DNA of 64,000 bases from NCBI GenBank assembly GCA_053919585.1, contig CM132813.1; one strand, given 5' to 3'. The notes under the pieces were generated by a model, which saw only the letters and a list, made by a program, of their open reading frames with translations, made no database searches and was not told the origin of the DNA. The stretch is from Euprymna scolopes (lineage: Eukaryota). A program made the position numbers and the translations under genes. Positions 1 to 11,601 of this stretch are shown piece by piece. Each line of letters starts with the position of its first letter. Position 1 is the first letter of the stretch.

Positions 1-253
1 TCTTTTTATTTATGCCCATATCCAATTAAACTTTAAACCCAAAATGGTCCTCAATCTAAGTACTATAATTACGAATATCTGTAAATATTACATGCCACTA
101 ATACGAAATTAAAATTAACCGTAACGTTATTGCAAAGTTCTTACGGCCATACTATAAATATAGAAATAAAAAATTTAAAAAAAAAAATTTAATAAAAATT
201 AAATTATTGGGAAATATAGAAACAGCGTGATCTAACGTAGAAACTCAACGAAT

Positions 254-257
<4 letters not shown>

Positions 258-310
<53 letters not shown>
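258..310. repeat. (TA)n microsatellite, representative of >20 tracts in the window
   Basis: Seen directly; others at ~679, 9438, 17531, 18556, 19245, 22962, 23869, 30532, 31300, 41752, 42120, 45686, 47661, 48030, 52790, 53305, 54900, 55755, 57919 and 60903. Confidence 0.97.
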
Positions 311-313
<3 letters not shown>

Positions 314-579
314 TAAAATGGCTTAGGGGTTTCTGTGAAAACTTCTCATAACTCTGTTCTTAAATAAGGATACGAAAATTAGGCGATATATGGATATTTA
401 AATGAGCTTTTCTGTAACTACAGCAAAGGTAAATGTTTCTCATATGCTTTTCCCGTTAAGGGAATTTTTTTCATTTTTTTTCTTTCTCTTCAAAAATGCT
501 CTATTGTAAAAAGTGTGTTTATTCATAAAGCCTGAAGAAATGCTGGTTTTGGAAAATTTTCAAGCGACATAATGTTTGA

Positions 580-677
580 AATTGTTCGACTGGACATAGA
601 AACAATTGTAACGTAAAATGAAATACACCTTTTGTTGCCATCAACACCCTTTTTGAAGTCTTGATTTTGCTTTCATA

Positions 678-680
<3 letters not shown>
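580..680. repeat. Dispersed repeat end abutting (TA)n; second copy at ~54801-54900
   Basis: aattgttcgactgg..aaacaattgtaac.taaaatgaaatacac..tgttgc.atcaa..tttt.gaagtcttg.ttttg is shared by both loci, and each is followed directly by a (TA)n tract. Confidence 0.75.
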
Positions 681-728
<48 letters not shown>

Positions 729-1140
729 CGGTATTACAAAACAAACGTTTAAATGCAAAAAATGGTCCACCGTTGGCGTTCGTGATTCTGAAAACTGATG
801 GCCATGAAAAAACAACTAATCCAGTAGTATCGCTGAATACGGAATAATGTTGGGAATTATTGTATTTTAAGTAATTACGAGAACAATTGTTGATGCATAT
901 GCATTTAGTGTAATCGGTTAGCCGATTTAAGTTTACCACCGCTAAATATAAAATGCAATTTCTACACGAAATAATTGATGTTTTTTAATGTTCCGAGAAT
1001 CCAGCATTTCTAATTCTGCCAAGTTTGTGTGTGTATGATGCCTATGACAGCATTTTTTACATACATACAAACAGGCACACATAAAAACATACAAACAGAC
1101 ACATACACAAACATACACAAATTTTCCATGAATAAAATAG

Positions 1141-1483
1141 ACGAGCTTGCTGGGTCCGGCGTTCTCTGTATGCAGCAAGAAAACCATAAATCAAAACAAC
1201 TTTTTTTTTCAATAAAAAGAGTAAAGAGGTCCTGTCATAACACTGCAAACTAAGTTTTTTTTATTTAAAACTCGTGCGTGACTTGCAAAAATAGAAACGC
1301 AAAAACTGACCCCTATTAAAAAGGGTGGTCCACGTGATCCCCACAGAATGATATTTTAAAAATGTTTCATATTATGTATTCGAGCATGACGCTTAAAGAT
1401 CGTAGAATTTTCCTGCGGATGACAAAGTATAAAGCAACATGCTAACAAACAAACACATGAATATTTGCCCTTTACATTATAGA
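1141..1483 (-). mobile_element. Possible non-autonomous Helitron; a second unit may follow in tandem (~760-1140)
   Basis: Minus strand starts TCTATAATGTAAAGGGCAAATA..gtgtttgtttg and ends gagaacgccggacccagcaagctcgt, resembling the GGGCAACGCCGGGT..CTAG ends at 16131 and 48765. Confidence 0.35.
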
Positions 1484-1699
1484 TAATTTTAATTTATTTT
1501 TGCATCTTCGGTTTCTTGATTACCTTATTTCTAAAGTAATTCCTTACACGTGTTTTTTGTATAGTTTTGCATAATTTATTACGATTAATTGTGGATTAAA
1601 CATAAAACGGTCCAGTTGCTTTAAAATGTTTGCATCAATCTTATTGAATATTATTTTTCTAAAGAGGTCAATGATAAAGTTCGGGTATCTTAATTATGT

Positions 1700-2440
1700 A
1701 GAAAATCTGATGTATATTTAATGTAAACGCCGTTAACTTCAATCACCGCCTCGAAACCGGTCCGGAACTGAAAGCATGCTTTTTCCACAGGCGCCGGTGG
1801 AGGTCGGCGAATAATTAGCGGATGGCGGCGATAGGGCTGTCTTTGGTATTGTAGGAAGTCATATGAACGATGTACTCGACGTATGACCGAACGAAGTAAT
1901 CAGTGAGTTCTTGTCGTAGGAGGAGGGAGCCAATGAAAGAAGAGTACAAATTCATAGCACGCTTCCTGAAGCCAGGCTCGTTTCTCGTTGGAATTGTGAA
2001 CCGGCGCCGAGCCCTGCTGCAATACCTAGGTCTGTAGACGTCGATTTGATTGCACCACGGAATCACAATAATTTTCAGCACATTCAAGTACATTCGATGT
2101 TAAATTTCAAGCCAACTTTGAAGATATAAAGTGATATGATGTGGCTCTTACTTGACAATTCACCAAAGACCATAGCCGTAGCTGAAACTTCGTGGAGATG
2201 TGGCCTCAAGTGTTGAATTATCCAGATTCGTATTTTGATGGTGCTAGCAATAGTACGGTGTTTATAACACTGAATAGTAGAGAGCATGAGTAGTACGGCG
2301 GCGCATCTCCGATCTCGCTCGCTCAACATTGTCTTACGTGTAGACATGTGAGAAGGCTCCTATCATTCTTATGACTTGTAAACAACCGGTGTTCATCAAA
2401 CAAATATGGAATCATTTCGCCTGTTCTTAGGCGAAAATTT
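1700..2440 (-). mobile_element. Decayed Tc1/mariner transposon, DD37D (maT)-like transposase remnant
   Basis: Minus-strand fragments VIPWCNQ, a degenerate WPPSSPDLNPLDY(F)VW-like stretch and C-terminal KACFQFRTGFEAVIEVNGVYIK; homologous to 39650-40450. Confidence 0.7.
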
Positions 2441-3621
2441 TATCAATTCATCTCCAATGTTATGTGTTTATGGTATTGCACATGATTATGCACATTAACT
2501 TTAAGTGCACGCCTATACATGATTATATAACGTCTGTATAAATAATATATTGGATTCTCTTGGAAATCTTCGAAACCAGAAATCTTACGTTAGATTTTTA
2601 GCATCGGTCACATTATTTCGACTGTTCTTGTTTTATCAGGGATTATATTTTAATGACTTTACATAATCAACTTAAATGTTAAGACATTTTCTCGGCTATT
2701 CATACCTAATACTTATGTTCCTTCTTATATATTTATGTTTATACAATGTAGACTTTTCCCTTTTTGATATAGGAAGTATATGGTTTGAAAACCCATGTCT
2801 AGGGAATTTTACTATTCTTTTCCTTTTTGTTTATTGATATGATGATGTAATACAGTTCTATATAATTTTAATCAATAATTTGAATGAAGTCATTTGTCTA
2901 TATATGCATATATTGCTATAAGTTTACGTGAGTAAATAATTATCCAATAAATAATAATTTTCTGAATGCATTTAATGATTTGATTTTATCGATTCAGTAA
3001 TCCTTTATATAATATGTTGATTGCAGGAAATCTCCTCCCAATCACAGTGTGTAATAACAGATGTCACATACTAATTCCTTACGTCTAGCATATTAACCAT
3101 TATTTTGTGTAATTTGCGACCACTATTTTCGACACATTAGTAGTTGAAATAATATGCTACATTGCGTCTTAGGAGGAACACAATCACAATCGCGACATCT
3201 CTGGAGAAAGTAGTCCCTATTCTTCTCTATAAATATTTAATCCTTCCACTTCTACCAGTTGATAACGTGATCTATTCTACATATTCCTACGATACTTACA
3301 TTGCATCCATCGTAACTGGGTATTAGATTCATAACATGTATTTTCCATTACTCGCTAAGCAAATAAAAACTTATCCCTTCTTAAAATCCACCCCATCGGA
3401 TTTGCTGGGACCAAACTTATCGCGTTAACCGCTCAGAACCGTTACACGATGCTTTTTTTTGTTTTTATATTTTTTGGTGACAGACAAAAAATTAAAAAAT
3501 ATATATTAATATGAAACACATTTTTAGACACAAACGATGAAATACAACAATAAAACTATTTCATTTACATTATTCTTTCATCATGTATATTAAAATAAAT
3601 TTACATTTGTAATATTGCAGT

Positions 3622-4906
3622 TTAGAGGGGGAGTTGGAGAGGGATTTTTCTGCCTGAAGTTCTGGGTTTGTAAATAACTCCTGCACGCGGATATCCCCTC
3701 CTCAGTGGAATATTCGAGTAGAGAGAGGAAACATTAATCGTGAGGTGTATTTTTTGGTAAGTTACGATGTCGTGTAAGATCTGTAGGAAGTGTGTCTTGT
3801 CTTCAATATAACTTGGTATGTTTGGCAGCAATGGGTTTAGGATATTGTCAATGTATCTCAAGGTCTTCTCTGTGAGGGTCCCGATGACCGAAACGATAGC
3901 TCTGTCAGGTGGATGGATCTGGAGAGCCTTAGTATATGTCTGTGAGTTCGGTAATCGAAGCCTCGGTGTTTCCTGTGTATTCAAATGGGAGGTATACGAG
4001 TATAATGCTGACTATATACGGGAGTTTATGACGTTTGGGGAGAGTGTAAAATACAGCCAGGTTGTGGTGTGCTGGTACTAATTTCTCAACCGTTCTCTAA
4101 TGGGTTGATCTAGACTGCTGAGTATAGTGTTGAGTTCGGATTTAACTGTGCTGTTGGGATCACTGGCCAGTGGATTGCAGAATTATCTGTTCGCTAGCTA
4201 TGTGTTTATTTCTGTTATGTAATCATGTGTGTTCATGATGCCGATTGAGCCTCCTTTGTTTGCTGCTTTTATGGTGATGAGATTATTATTCTGTAATGAT
4301 TCTATGGCATGTTGTGCGTCCTTTGTTATAGTATGATGGGGTTTTCTGTGCAGTTTAGCTATGATGAACTGATCTAAATGTTTTTTATTGTGTTGTTTTA
4401 GGCGTCTATGTTTAGATTAGGTCCATAAAAAGGTGTTCAATGTTTAGTTTTTTAATCATTTGCACGTTTATTTGTGGAGGAATGATGGCTACTTGTTGGT
4501 TGTTATTATGGAGGGATTCCTTTAATTTAAGTCTTCTGATAAAGTATCCCATGTCATAGCACAAGTTTTATTTGTGGGCAGAATGAGAGTTCTTTAGCTA
4601 ATAGCGTAATTTCGTTTTCTGAAAGTCGGTGGTCCGATAAGTTTGCAATATAGGTGTACTGTGATTTTTAGGGGATGCATTGCGTGTTATTATTTTTTAG
4701 AAGTCTACTGATGGCGTATGGTTTTGTTGGTTTAGATATGATTGAACACTTCAATTTTGTTGATTAATGTGCTAGGTCTCCGTTGTTTTAACTGTAAAAA
4801 TTGAAAGAGATGTTTATAGGAGATTGTGTTTTCGTAAATGTTGTATAGGTAAGAGAATACTGGACACGGTGTCTGTTTCTGTCACATGTGTTCGAGAGTG
4901 TTCTTG
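3622..4906 (-). mobile_element. Penelope-like element remnant (N-terminal region plus first RT motifs), pseudogenised
   Basis: Minus-strand motifs NLSDHRLSENEITLLAKELSFCP, FIRRLKLKE, IKAANKGGSIGIMN (DKG motif), RAIVSVIGTLTE, PSYIEDKTHFL and NVSSLYSNIP, with stops and frameshifts. Confidence 0.85.
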
Positions 4907-5455
4907 TGTTAAAGAGCATCTCTCCCCCCCTCTCTGGCTTTCTTACTCTTTCTATTTTCTCTCTGTGTGTCTCTATTAGAGAATAGAGAAAGGGAGAGGG
5001 AGAGAGAGAGAGAGAGAGAGGTGAATAACGTGGACAGTGGACACGTTTGCAAAAGAAGGGTCAGCTGACCAGATGACGTGGTATCATGTGATGAGGTTAG
5101 CTGATTCTTTCTTGGCAGTTGGGTTTTCGGGTGTTGAATAAGACAGACGGCTTTTCAGCTGTCCCCCCCCTGGGCTGGGGAGGACGCTGACGTGTATCAT
5201 CAAACAAGCAAGGTTCACCTCCATTCTGTGTCGACCTTTGGAAGGTGAATAAAAACATAAAAACCTTAATTGTCATCTTGGAGTGAATTCTTCATCCAAC
5301 AGGCCAGCTCCCCTCCAAGAGACAATGAAAACCAGAGGAACAACAGACGACACCTGAATAAAGGTATGTTAAAAAAATACATGTCCACAAACACACACCC
5401 ACGACACGAATCTCCTTGACAAAATCTCCTTTATGACACCCCCGAATATATAACA
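4907..5455 (+). repeat. 5' LTR (549 bp)
   Basis: TG...CA ends; AATAAA at ~5248; by eye identical to the 3' LTR except for two extra AG units. Confidence 0.95.
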
Positions 5456-5464
5456 TATTCGTTT

Positions 5465-5478
5465 TGGTGCTCGTGACT
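5465..5478 (+). promoter_or_regulatory. Primer-binding site, tRNA-His-like
   Basis: TGGTGC(T)CGTGACT lies 9 nt after the 5' LTR and matches the complement of the tRNA-His 3' end (TGGTGCCGTGAC) with a 1-nt insertion. Confidence 0.6.
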
Positions 5479-5553
5479 AAGTCGCATCACCGATGCGATA
5501 ATCGAACCTGTGTTTAAGAAAATACAACGTGGAAGCATGGAGATTTAGTGTCA

Positions 5554-5691
5554 NNNNNNNNNNNNNNNNNNNNNNNNNNNNNNNNNNNNNNNNNNNNNNN
5601 NNNNNNNNNNNNNNNNNNNNNNNNNNNNNNNNNNNNNNNNNNNNNNNNNNNNNNNNNNNNNNNNNNNNNNNNNNNNNNNNNNNNNNNNNNN
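5554..5691. other. Assembly gap (N run); others at 9076-9220, 18011-18183, 37662-37837, 38534-38675 and 45870-46020
   Basis: Runs of n. Confidence 0.99.
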
Positions 5692-8020
5692 GGGTCCATT
5701 AAAACACTAGGCGAATTAGAAAAATAATTAAGAAAAAAAAAAAGAAAAAAAAGAAAAGCAATACACACGTACAACCTTTTCACGAAGAAAGAAAAGGAAG
5801 ACATACAGACACACAGATGTAAAACTTTATATATAGAAAATAGTTAAAAAAAATATTTATCGTATTGGGAATTAACTCGTTATGAACGAAGAAAAATATC
5901 ACTTAATGTCAAAATTAGAAGGGAAAACGAAAAATGACCTTATTTTGTAAATTTTTAACAACGGCCAGTGAGAAAACCAAAAAGAAACGAGCCTTACCAC
6001 AAAGATAAACATGTCAATCAAAAATATGTGTTATGAATATTTCGTGTCATTTTTAAATTGTGAACTAAATGTAACTTTTAATGAAAAACGATATGTACTT
6101 TTGATGAAAAACAATGGATAGGTTCTGAAATGTGATTTTTTTTTTCCTTTTTTTCACTAATTGAACGATTTTATTTCTTAGGAATTTTTTTTTTTTCTTA
6201 CATGGACAATTTTAGTTCCATCGAGTTGTCTGAGACTTTATAAGTGAGTCGTTTTATTTTATTTTAGAAACGACTGTATTTTAATTGTAAATGTCTAGGT
6301 ATTTTTTTGTAAACGACTGTGGTTTTTCTTTAATTTTGAATTCTGTGGAATGGTAAAAGATGATGCACTATGCAGCCGACCTACTTGCTGACGTGGACAA
6401 AATTTTGTTGTTTGGATTTTTGTTATTGCTAAGATGGGACTTTGTGATTGCTTATAGGATTTTTTGTATTTTTTTAATTTATTATTTTTATGTAATTGAT
6501 GTGTTGTCAAACGGTATTGGCAGAATTTTCTTGTTCTTTGACATGTATTTTTTTTCGCAGAATGGTGAGGTGAAATCTTTGCTTGTGGGGTCTATTGAAA
6601 GAATGATTAATAAAAGAAAGAACGTGCTGTTAATTAATAATCATAACAGTAATAATAAAATAGGGAAAAAGAGAAAGAAATAAGATTTAAACAGTGTAAT
6701 AAATGATTTAAAAAAAAAAAAAAAAAAAGTTTCGGAAGAGTCAAAGGTTCAGTCGGTATTAATTTCAATTTTTCTCGGGAAATGATTCGAATTTTATTTT
6801 TTTTTTATCGTGATTTCTGTTGATTTCGAGTAGAATCAACATGGAGCAAGTTTGAGTACTTCATGTGTGGAAATCCGATGTTTTCCGTGAAGCTATGTGT
6901 CTTCAAGGCAGGTTGCGCTTACCGACTTTGGAAAAAAAAAAAGAAAGTTTTTTCTGACATAGCAGTGAACGGAATGTATTCTGTCCAGCGTGAGCGGATC
7001 TAGTTGTAATCAACTTCAGGGAGCAAATGAAATGCCCTCTGACATGGTGTAAGGGGCAGAGGGGGTGCAATGGCTGACGTGGCCATTATGTTACGAATCG
7101 CTCAAGAGAAGATGAATGAAATATGTATGCAAGTACTTAGGAAAATAAAATGTTACCATATTGTGAATTAAAGGTACCAAAATTAAAAAAAAAACCATGC
7201 TGGGTGAATTTAATTGGTATTATTAAATTAAATTATTTTGGAATAGATTTGGTTGGTTTAGTTATATTTTAGGGACGTTTAGCGCGTAGTTGCATTTTTT
7301 TTCATGAGAATTACAAGGCGATTAGGCTGTAGAAAGCAGTTTTTTCTGTTGTTTTATTTTTTTTTTATAAGCCACGGTATTGTCACAAATTAGAAAATTT
7401 GGCAGGGGAAATACTATTTTAGAGTAATGAGAACCCTGTTAAAACAATACTAGTGGTTCCAGTGAGTTGGAAGATGCCACGTAGGCCCAAGCAACGGCAA
7501 TAAGTCTTGTCCAACAAAAGTCTGGCGTGCGAGGTCGCGATAATTCCTCAGGGTACGGAGCGACTGGACAGTCGGTACCAAGCCTAATCACGGGGAGATA
7601 GAAGAAAAGGAAAGATGCAGATTACGTAAGGGACAAGATAGAGCCTTATTATTTTTTATTTTTTTAGAGGAATGTGTGAGGGATATCTGGGTTGGAATCT
7701 TGGGACTTGCTGGGAATGCGGAAAAATCACAAAGGGAAAACTACTTAGTTAGAAATCGATGGCGCATTAGTTAGGGAGTGATGATTCCGTATCTTGTCGG
7801 GTTCCAGGAACTCAAACAGGCTCCGAGTGAATCAGTGTGAAGGCGTATCTTGACTTAGACCAACCAAGGGAGTTAGTAGAAGAGCTTTGTGAAGTCCCGA
7901 AGTAGTAGATTGAATAGAACAAAGCTCCAGTAATAGGACCACTCAGAGAAAGACGTCAGGGCATTACAGTAAAGGAAAAAAAAACTGGGACTTAGGCCTA
8001 TGCTGAAAGTCGAGAACGCG

Positions 8021-8093
8021 AGTGGGATGGTTGAGTCGGTAGAGCATCAGACTTTTAATCTGAGGGTCTGGGGTTCGAGTCCCCATGCGATAA
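8021..8093 (+). pseudogene. tRNA-Lys(UUU)-derived sequence (pseudo-tRNA or SINE head) inside the LTR element
   Basis: AGTCGGTAGAGCATCAGACTTTTAATCTGAGGGTC matches the metazoan tRNA-Lys(UUU) core; anticodon arm TCAGA/TCTGA and T arm TGGGG/CCCCA pair; B box GGTTCGAGTCC; the acceptor stem does not pair. Confidence 0.85.
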
Positions 8094-8492
8094 AGCTACC
8101 ACCAACATGGAGCATCCGACGTTCTGGTCGTAATTGCGATATGCTGGCCCCATTTCGAAAAAGTGATCGAAAATGGAGTCTCCATTTGTTTGGCCAAGTG
8201 GTCCAAATAAAGAGCAGAGTCAGTGGAAAATATCCAACAATGCGACCGCCTAGACAAGATGTATATCTGCAAAGCTGTATCTTTGTCTAACTTGGAAGCA
8301 AGTTAATGTCTAGGAGGGACTTTTGAGAAGCAGCAGAAGGGTTGATAGTGTTGTAGAAGAGTACTGGTGCCTGATCTTTCTTGGAAAAGGGGTGAGTCCG
8401 GAAAGTGAAAAAAATAAAGATGTACTTCGGACATAATTATTTTTTTTAGTTAGTTAGTTATTAAAAATGTATGGCTTGCCATACATTTTGAT

Positions 8493-8510
8493 AAAAAAGG
8501 GGTGGAGGAA
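8493..8510 (+). promoter_or_regulatory. Polypurine tract
   Basis: AAAAAAGGGGTGGAGGAA immediately precedes the 3' LTR. Confidence 0.9.
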
Positions 8511-9055
8511 TGTTAAAGAGCATCTCTCCCCCCCTCTCTGGCTTTCTTACTCTTTCTATTTTCTCTCTGTGTGTCTCTATTAGAGAATAGAGAAAGGGAG
8601 AGGGAGAGAGAGAGAGAGAGGTGAATAACGTGGACAGTGGACACGTTTGCAAAAGAAGGGTCAGCTGACCAGATGACGTGGTATCATGTGATGAGGTTAG
8701 CTGATTCTTTCTTGGCAGTTGGGTTTTCGGGTGTTGAATAAGACAGACGGCTTTTCAGCTGTCCCCCCCCTGGGCTGGGGAGGACGCTGACGTGTATCAT
8801 CAAACAAGCAAGGTTCACCTCCATTCTGTGTCGACCTTTGGAAGGTGAATAAAAACATAAAAACCTTAATTGTCATCTTGGAGTGAATTCTTCATCCAAC
8901 AGGCCAGCTCCCCTCCAAGAGACAATGAAAACCAGAGGAACAACAGACGACACCTGAATAAAGGTATGTTAAAAAAATACATGTCCACAAACACACACCC
9001 ACGACACGAATCTCCTTGACAAAATCTCCTTTATGACACCCCCGAATATATAACA
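8511..9055 (+). repeat. 3' LTR (545 bp)
   Basis: Direct repeat of 4907-5455, followed by TSD CTTG. Confidence 0.95.
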
Positions 9056-9436
9056 CTTGGTTTTGCATGAAATGCNNNNNNNNNNNNNNNNNNNNNNNNN
9101 NNNNNNNNNNNNNNNNNNNNNNNNNNNNNNNNNNNNNNNNNNNNNNNNNNNNNNNNNNNNNNNNNNNNNNNNNNNNNNNNNNNNNNNNNNNNNNNNNNNN
9201 NNNNNNNNNNNNNNNNNNNNNAAACTAACGCGGAACTGCCGAATATTATATAAACAAATGAAAGCAAATTTAGGCATATTTTATTGGTTTGAAAATATAC
9301 GTCCTTTTTATTTTAATTATTATAGCATATAAAAAATAGATTGGTATTATAATCTTCAAAAAGTCCGCAGATTTTCATGTAGTTTCGACCCGTAGAATCA
9401 AAGATATGATCATTTAAATATTCAGTTTAACTACGA

Positions 9437-9471
<35 letters not shown>

Positions 9472-9476
<5 letters not shown>

Positions 9477-11106
9477 CAAGCAAAGTAAAATCCTGCATTT
9501 GTAATTGTTTTCAGAAACTTCAAATTTAAGCTAAATGTAATGTAACTGTTTAAACATCCAATATCTTATTTTGTTTGCCTTTTATTCCCCTATAATTTTA
9601 CCCGCCATTGTTTGACTTTTAATAAAAACTATTCTAGTGTTTACGTATTTTAAAGAAATAACTTTAAATTGAGGAAGCAAAAGAAAGTCCGAAGCAACAA
9701 TTTCGCTTCAAGCCAGCTTACATTATTGCTTCTAAATAAGCTTAAATATCAACCAACAGGCAACAAAGCATCTCTAATCGTAATTATTGATGTTCAATGT
9801 TATGCGACGTAGCAGTTAGCCCACATGCCAAGACTGTCTCTTAGTGATCGTCAGAAGCTCATTAATCTCCACATTTCTTGTTTATCCAATCGAGAAATCG
9901 GCCGCAAATTGAAATGTGATCAGAACACGGTACGAAAAAATGTACAAAAGCACCAACACACCGGCAGTGTTCTTGATGCCTCCAAATCTGGTCATACTAG
10001 AGTTACTTCTAAAAGGGAAGGCAATGCTATCAAGATCCGCAGCCTAAGAAACAGATTTGAAACGGCTCCCCGCATCCAACAACAGTGCAATTTTATTAAA
10101 AAGTGATCTCTTTCTACTGTCAAGATAAATTTAAAGGAATTTCATTTGCGAGGATATGTTGCAAGACGCAAGTCAATGATTTCTGTAAAGAATAGAAAGC
10201 GCCGTCTGGATTCCATCCGATGCAATGAAATCCATGACTCTTCATATTTGTCAAAGGTGTTTATTAGCGACGAAAGCCAGTTCAATAGGCTATACAGTGT
10301 TGGTATGGAGTACGTACGTCGTAGAAAAGACGAAGAATGTAATCGTATTGCTCAGTTTCAAAGCTGCGAGGATGTTCAGTTTTGATGTGGGACATTATTA
10401 GTACCAATAGTCGTCAGGCTTATGTAAGCTTGAAAGGTCGAATAATTCGACCAAGTACATTAATACGTTGACTGAGCATTTTCTACCCTTCTTTGGTCGG
10501 AATTTGGATGATAATCCCATCTTCATGCAGGATAATGCTCTAAGCCACACAGCTGGTAATGTCAAGATGTTCCTTGAAGAGCATGCTATTCTGTGCTTAG
10601 TTGGCTGGCAAAATTTCCAAACCTCAATCCTATCAAAAACGTATGGCATTACATCAAGCAACATGAATTTCAAACTTTGGAAGAGCTTTTGACAAAAATG
10701 AAAGAAACGTTGGATGCCCTTTCCCCGGAGTATTTCTGCAGTTTGATTCAAGGAATTCCATAACAATTGCAGTCTGTAAAATTGCAGAAGGGATATGCTA
10801 CTTTATATGGACTATTTCATTGTGATCTTGTTTTATTTGTGTTGCATTGATACCCTTAAGTTACATTTAAATAACAATTTTCCATTATGCGGACTTTCTT
10901 TTTGTCACCTAAATTTGAAGTTTTTTTTTAAATTACGTGAACACCAGAATATTTCAATTAAAAGTCAAACATGTACAAATAAAATAATAGAAGAATAAAC
11001 GTCCAATCAAATAAGGTATAGTTTGTTTAAACAGTTACATTTAATTTAGCTCAAATTTGCAGTGTTTAAAACATTACAAGTGCGGACTTTCTTTTTACAG
11101 AATGTG
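9472..11106 (+). mobile_element. Full-length decayed Tc1 element with long IR/DR-type TIRs (~220 bp)
   Basis: TIRs ~9472-9695 and ~10885-11106, with the AAAGAAAGTCCG motif repeated at inner and outer ends; flanked by TA; interrupted transposase inside. Confidence 0.9.
9825..10810 (+). pseudogene. Tc1 transposase pseudogene
   Basis: HTH N-terminus MPRLSLSDRQKLINLH..., then ARRK, VFISDESQFN, FMQDNALSH and a degenerate WP.QSPDLNP, with stops and frameshifts. Confidence 0.9.
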
Positions 11107-11601
11107 TATATATAAGAGCAAGGCAGAGATACCACATTTTGAAATTTTATGTTTAAAATGTCTGTTGCTATTTACCATGATTTAACAAAGGGAGACTCAT
11201 TGACAATCTAATGACCTTGGTTTTGTGGAGGGATATGTAACATTTGCTCTTAAGGTCTAACATTATTGTTTAGACAAGTAGGGGATAACTTTCCAATAAT
11301 TATTTAAACTAATATTAGCACCCATTTTATGGTCACATTTGATATAAATTGGTGTTTATTTTATATTAAATTAATATAGAAAAGTGATCCATCACATATT
11401 AAAACTATAATTTATTTTTATCATTCCCTGGGATTTAACTGTTGTTTTCGTATTCGGCACTTTTGAAAAACTATGATAGTGGTAATTTAAAACAAAACAG
11501 CTTCTTAAAAAAATAGAAAGATACATCATCTTTACCAATATTTTAATCAGAATTCTTTTGCTTTCCTAGTTTGCTTCGCATGAATTACAAACTATATGAT
11601 A

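Larger units (their letters stand above)
4907..9055 (+). mobile_element. Non-autonomous LTR retrotransposon (LARD/TRIM-like), recent insertion
   Basis: Direct LTRs 4907-5455 and 8511-9055, both TGTTA...TAACA; 4-bp TSD CTTG (4903-4906 and 9056-9059); PBS-like site at 5465; PPT 8493-8510; no long internal ORF. Confidence 0.93.

Noticed and set aside
519-939. ORFs with IYIYIY, CVCVCV, HTHTHT or poly-X runs (here and throughout the window)
   Set aside because: They are translations of (TA)n, (CA)n or (AAT)n microsatellites or of N gaps, not genes.
7705-7740. TCWECGK as a gag zinc-knuckle remnant
   Set aside because: The H and final C of CCHC are missing and there is no surrounding ORF; too short to support.
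8021-8093. Functional tRNA-Lys gene
   Set aside because: The acceptor stem cannot pair, the D stem has a mismatch, and there is no immediate oligo-T terminator.
8000-8290. 96-aa ORF in the LTR element
   Set aside because: It overlaps the tRNA-derived unit and has no gag/pol motif, so it is probably a chance ORF.
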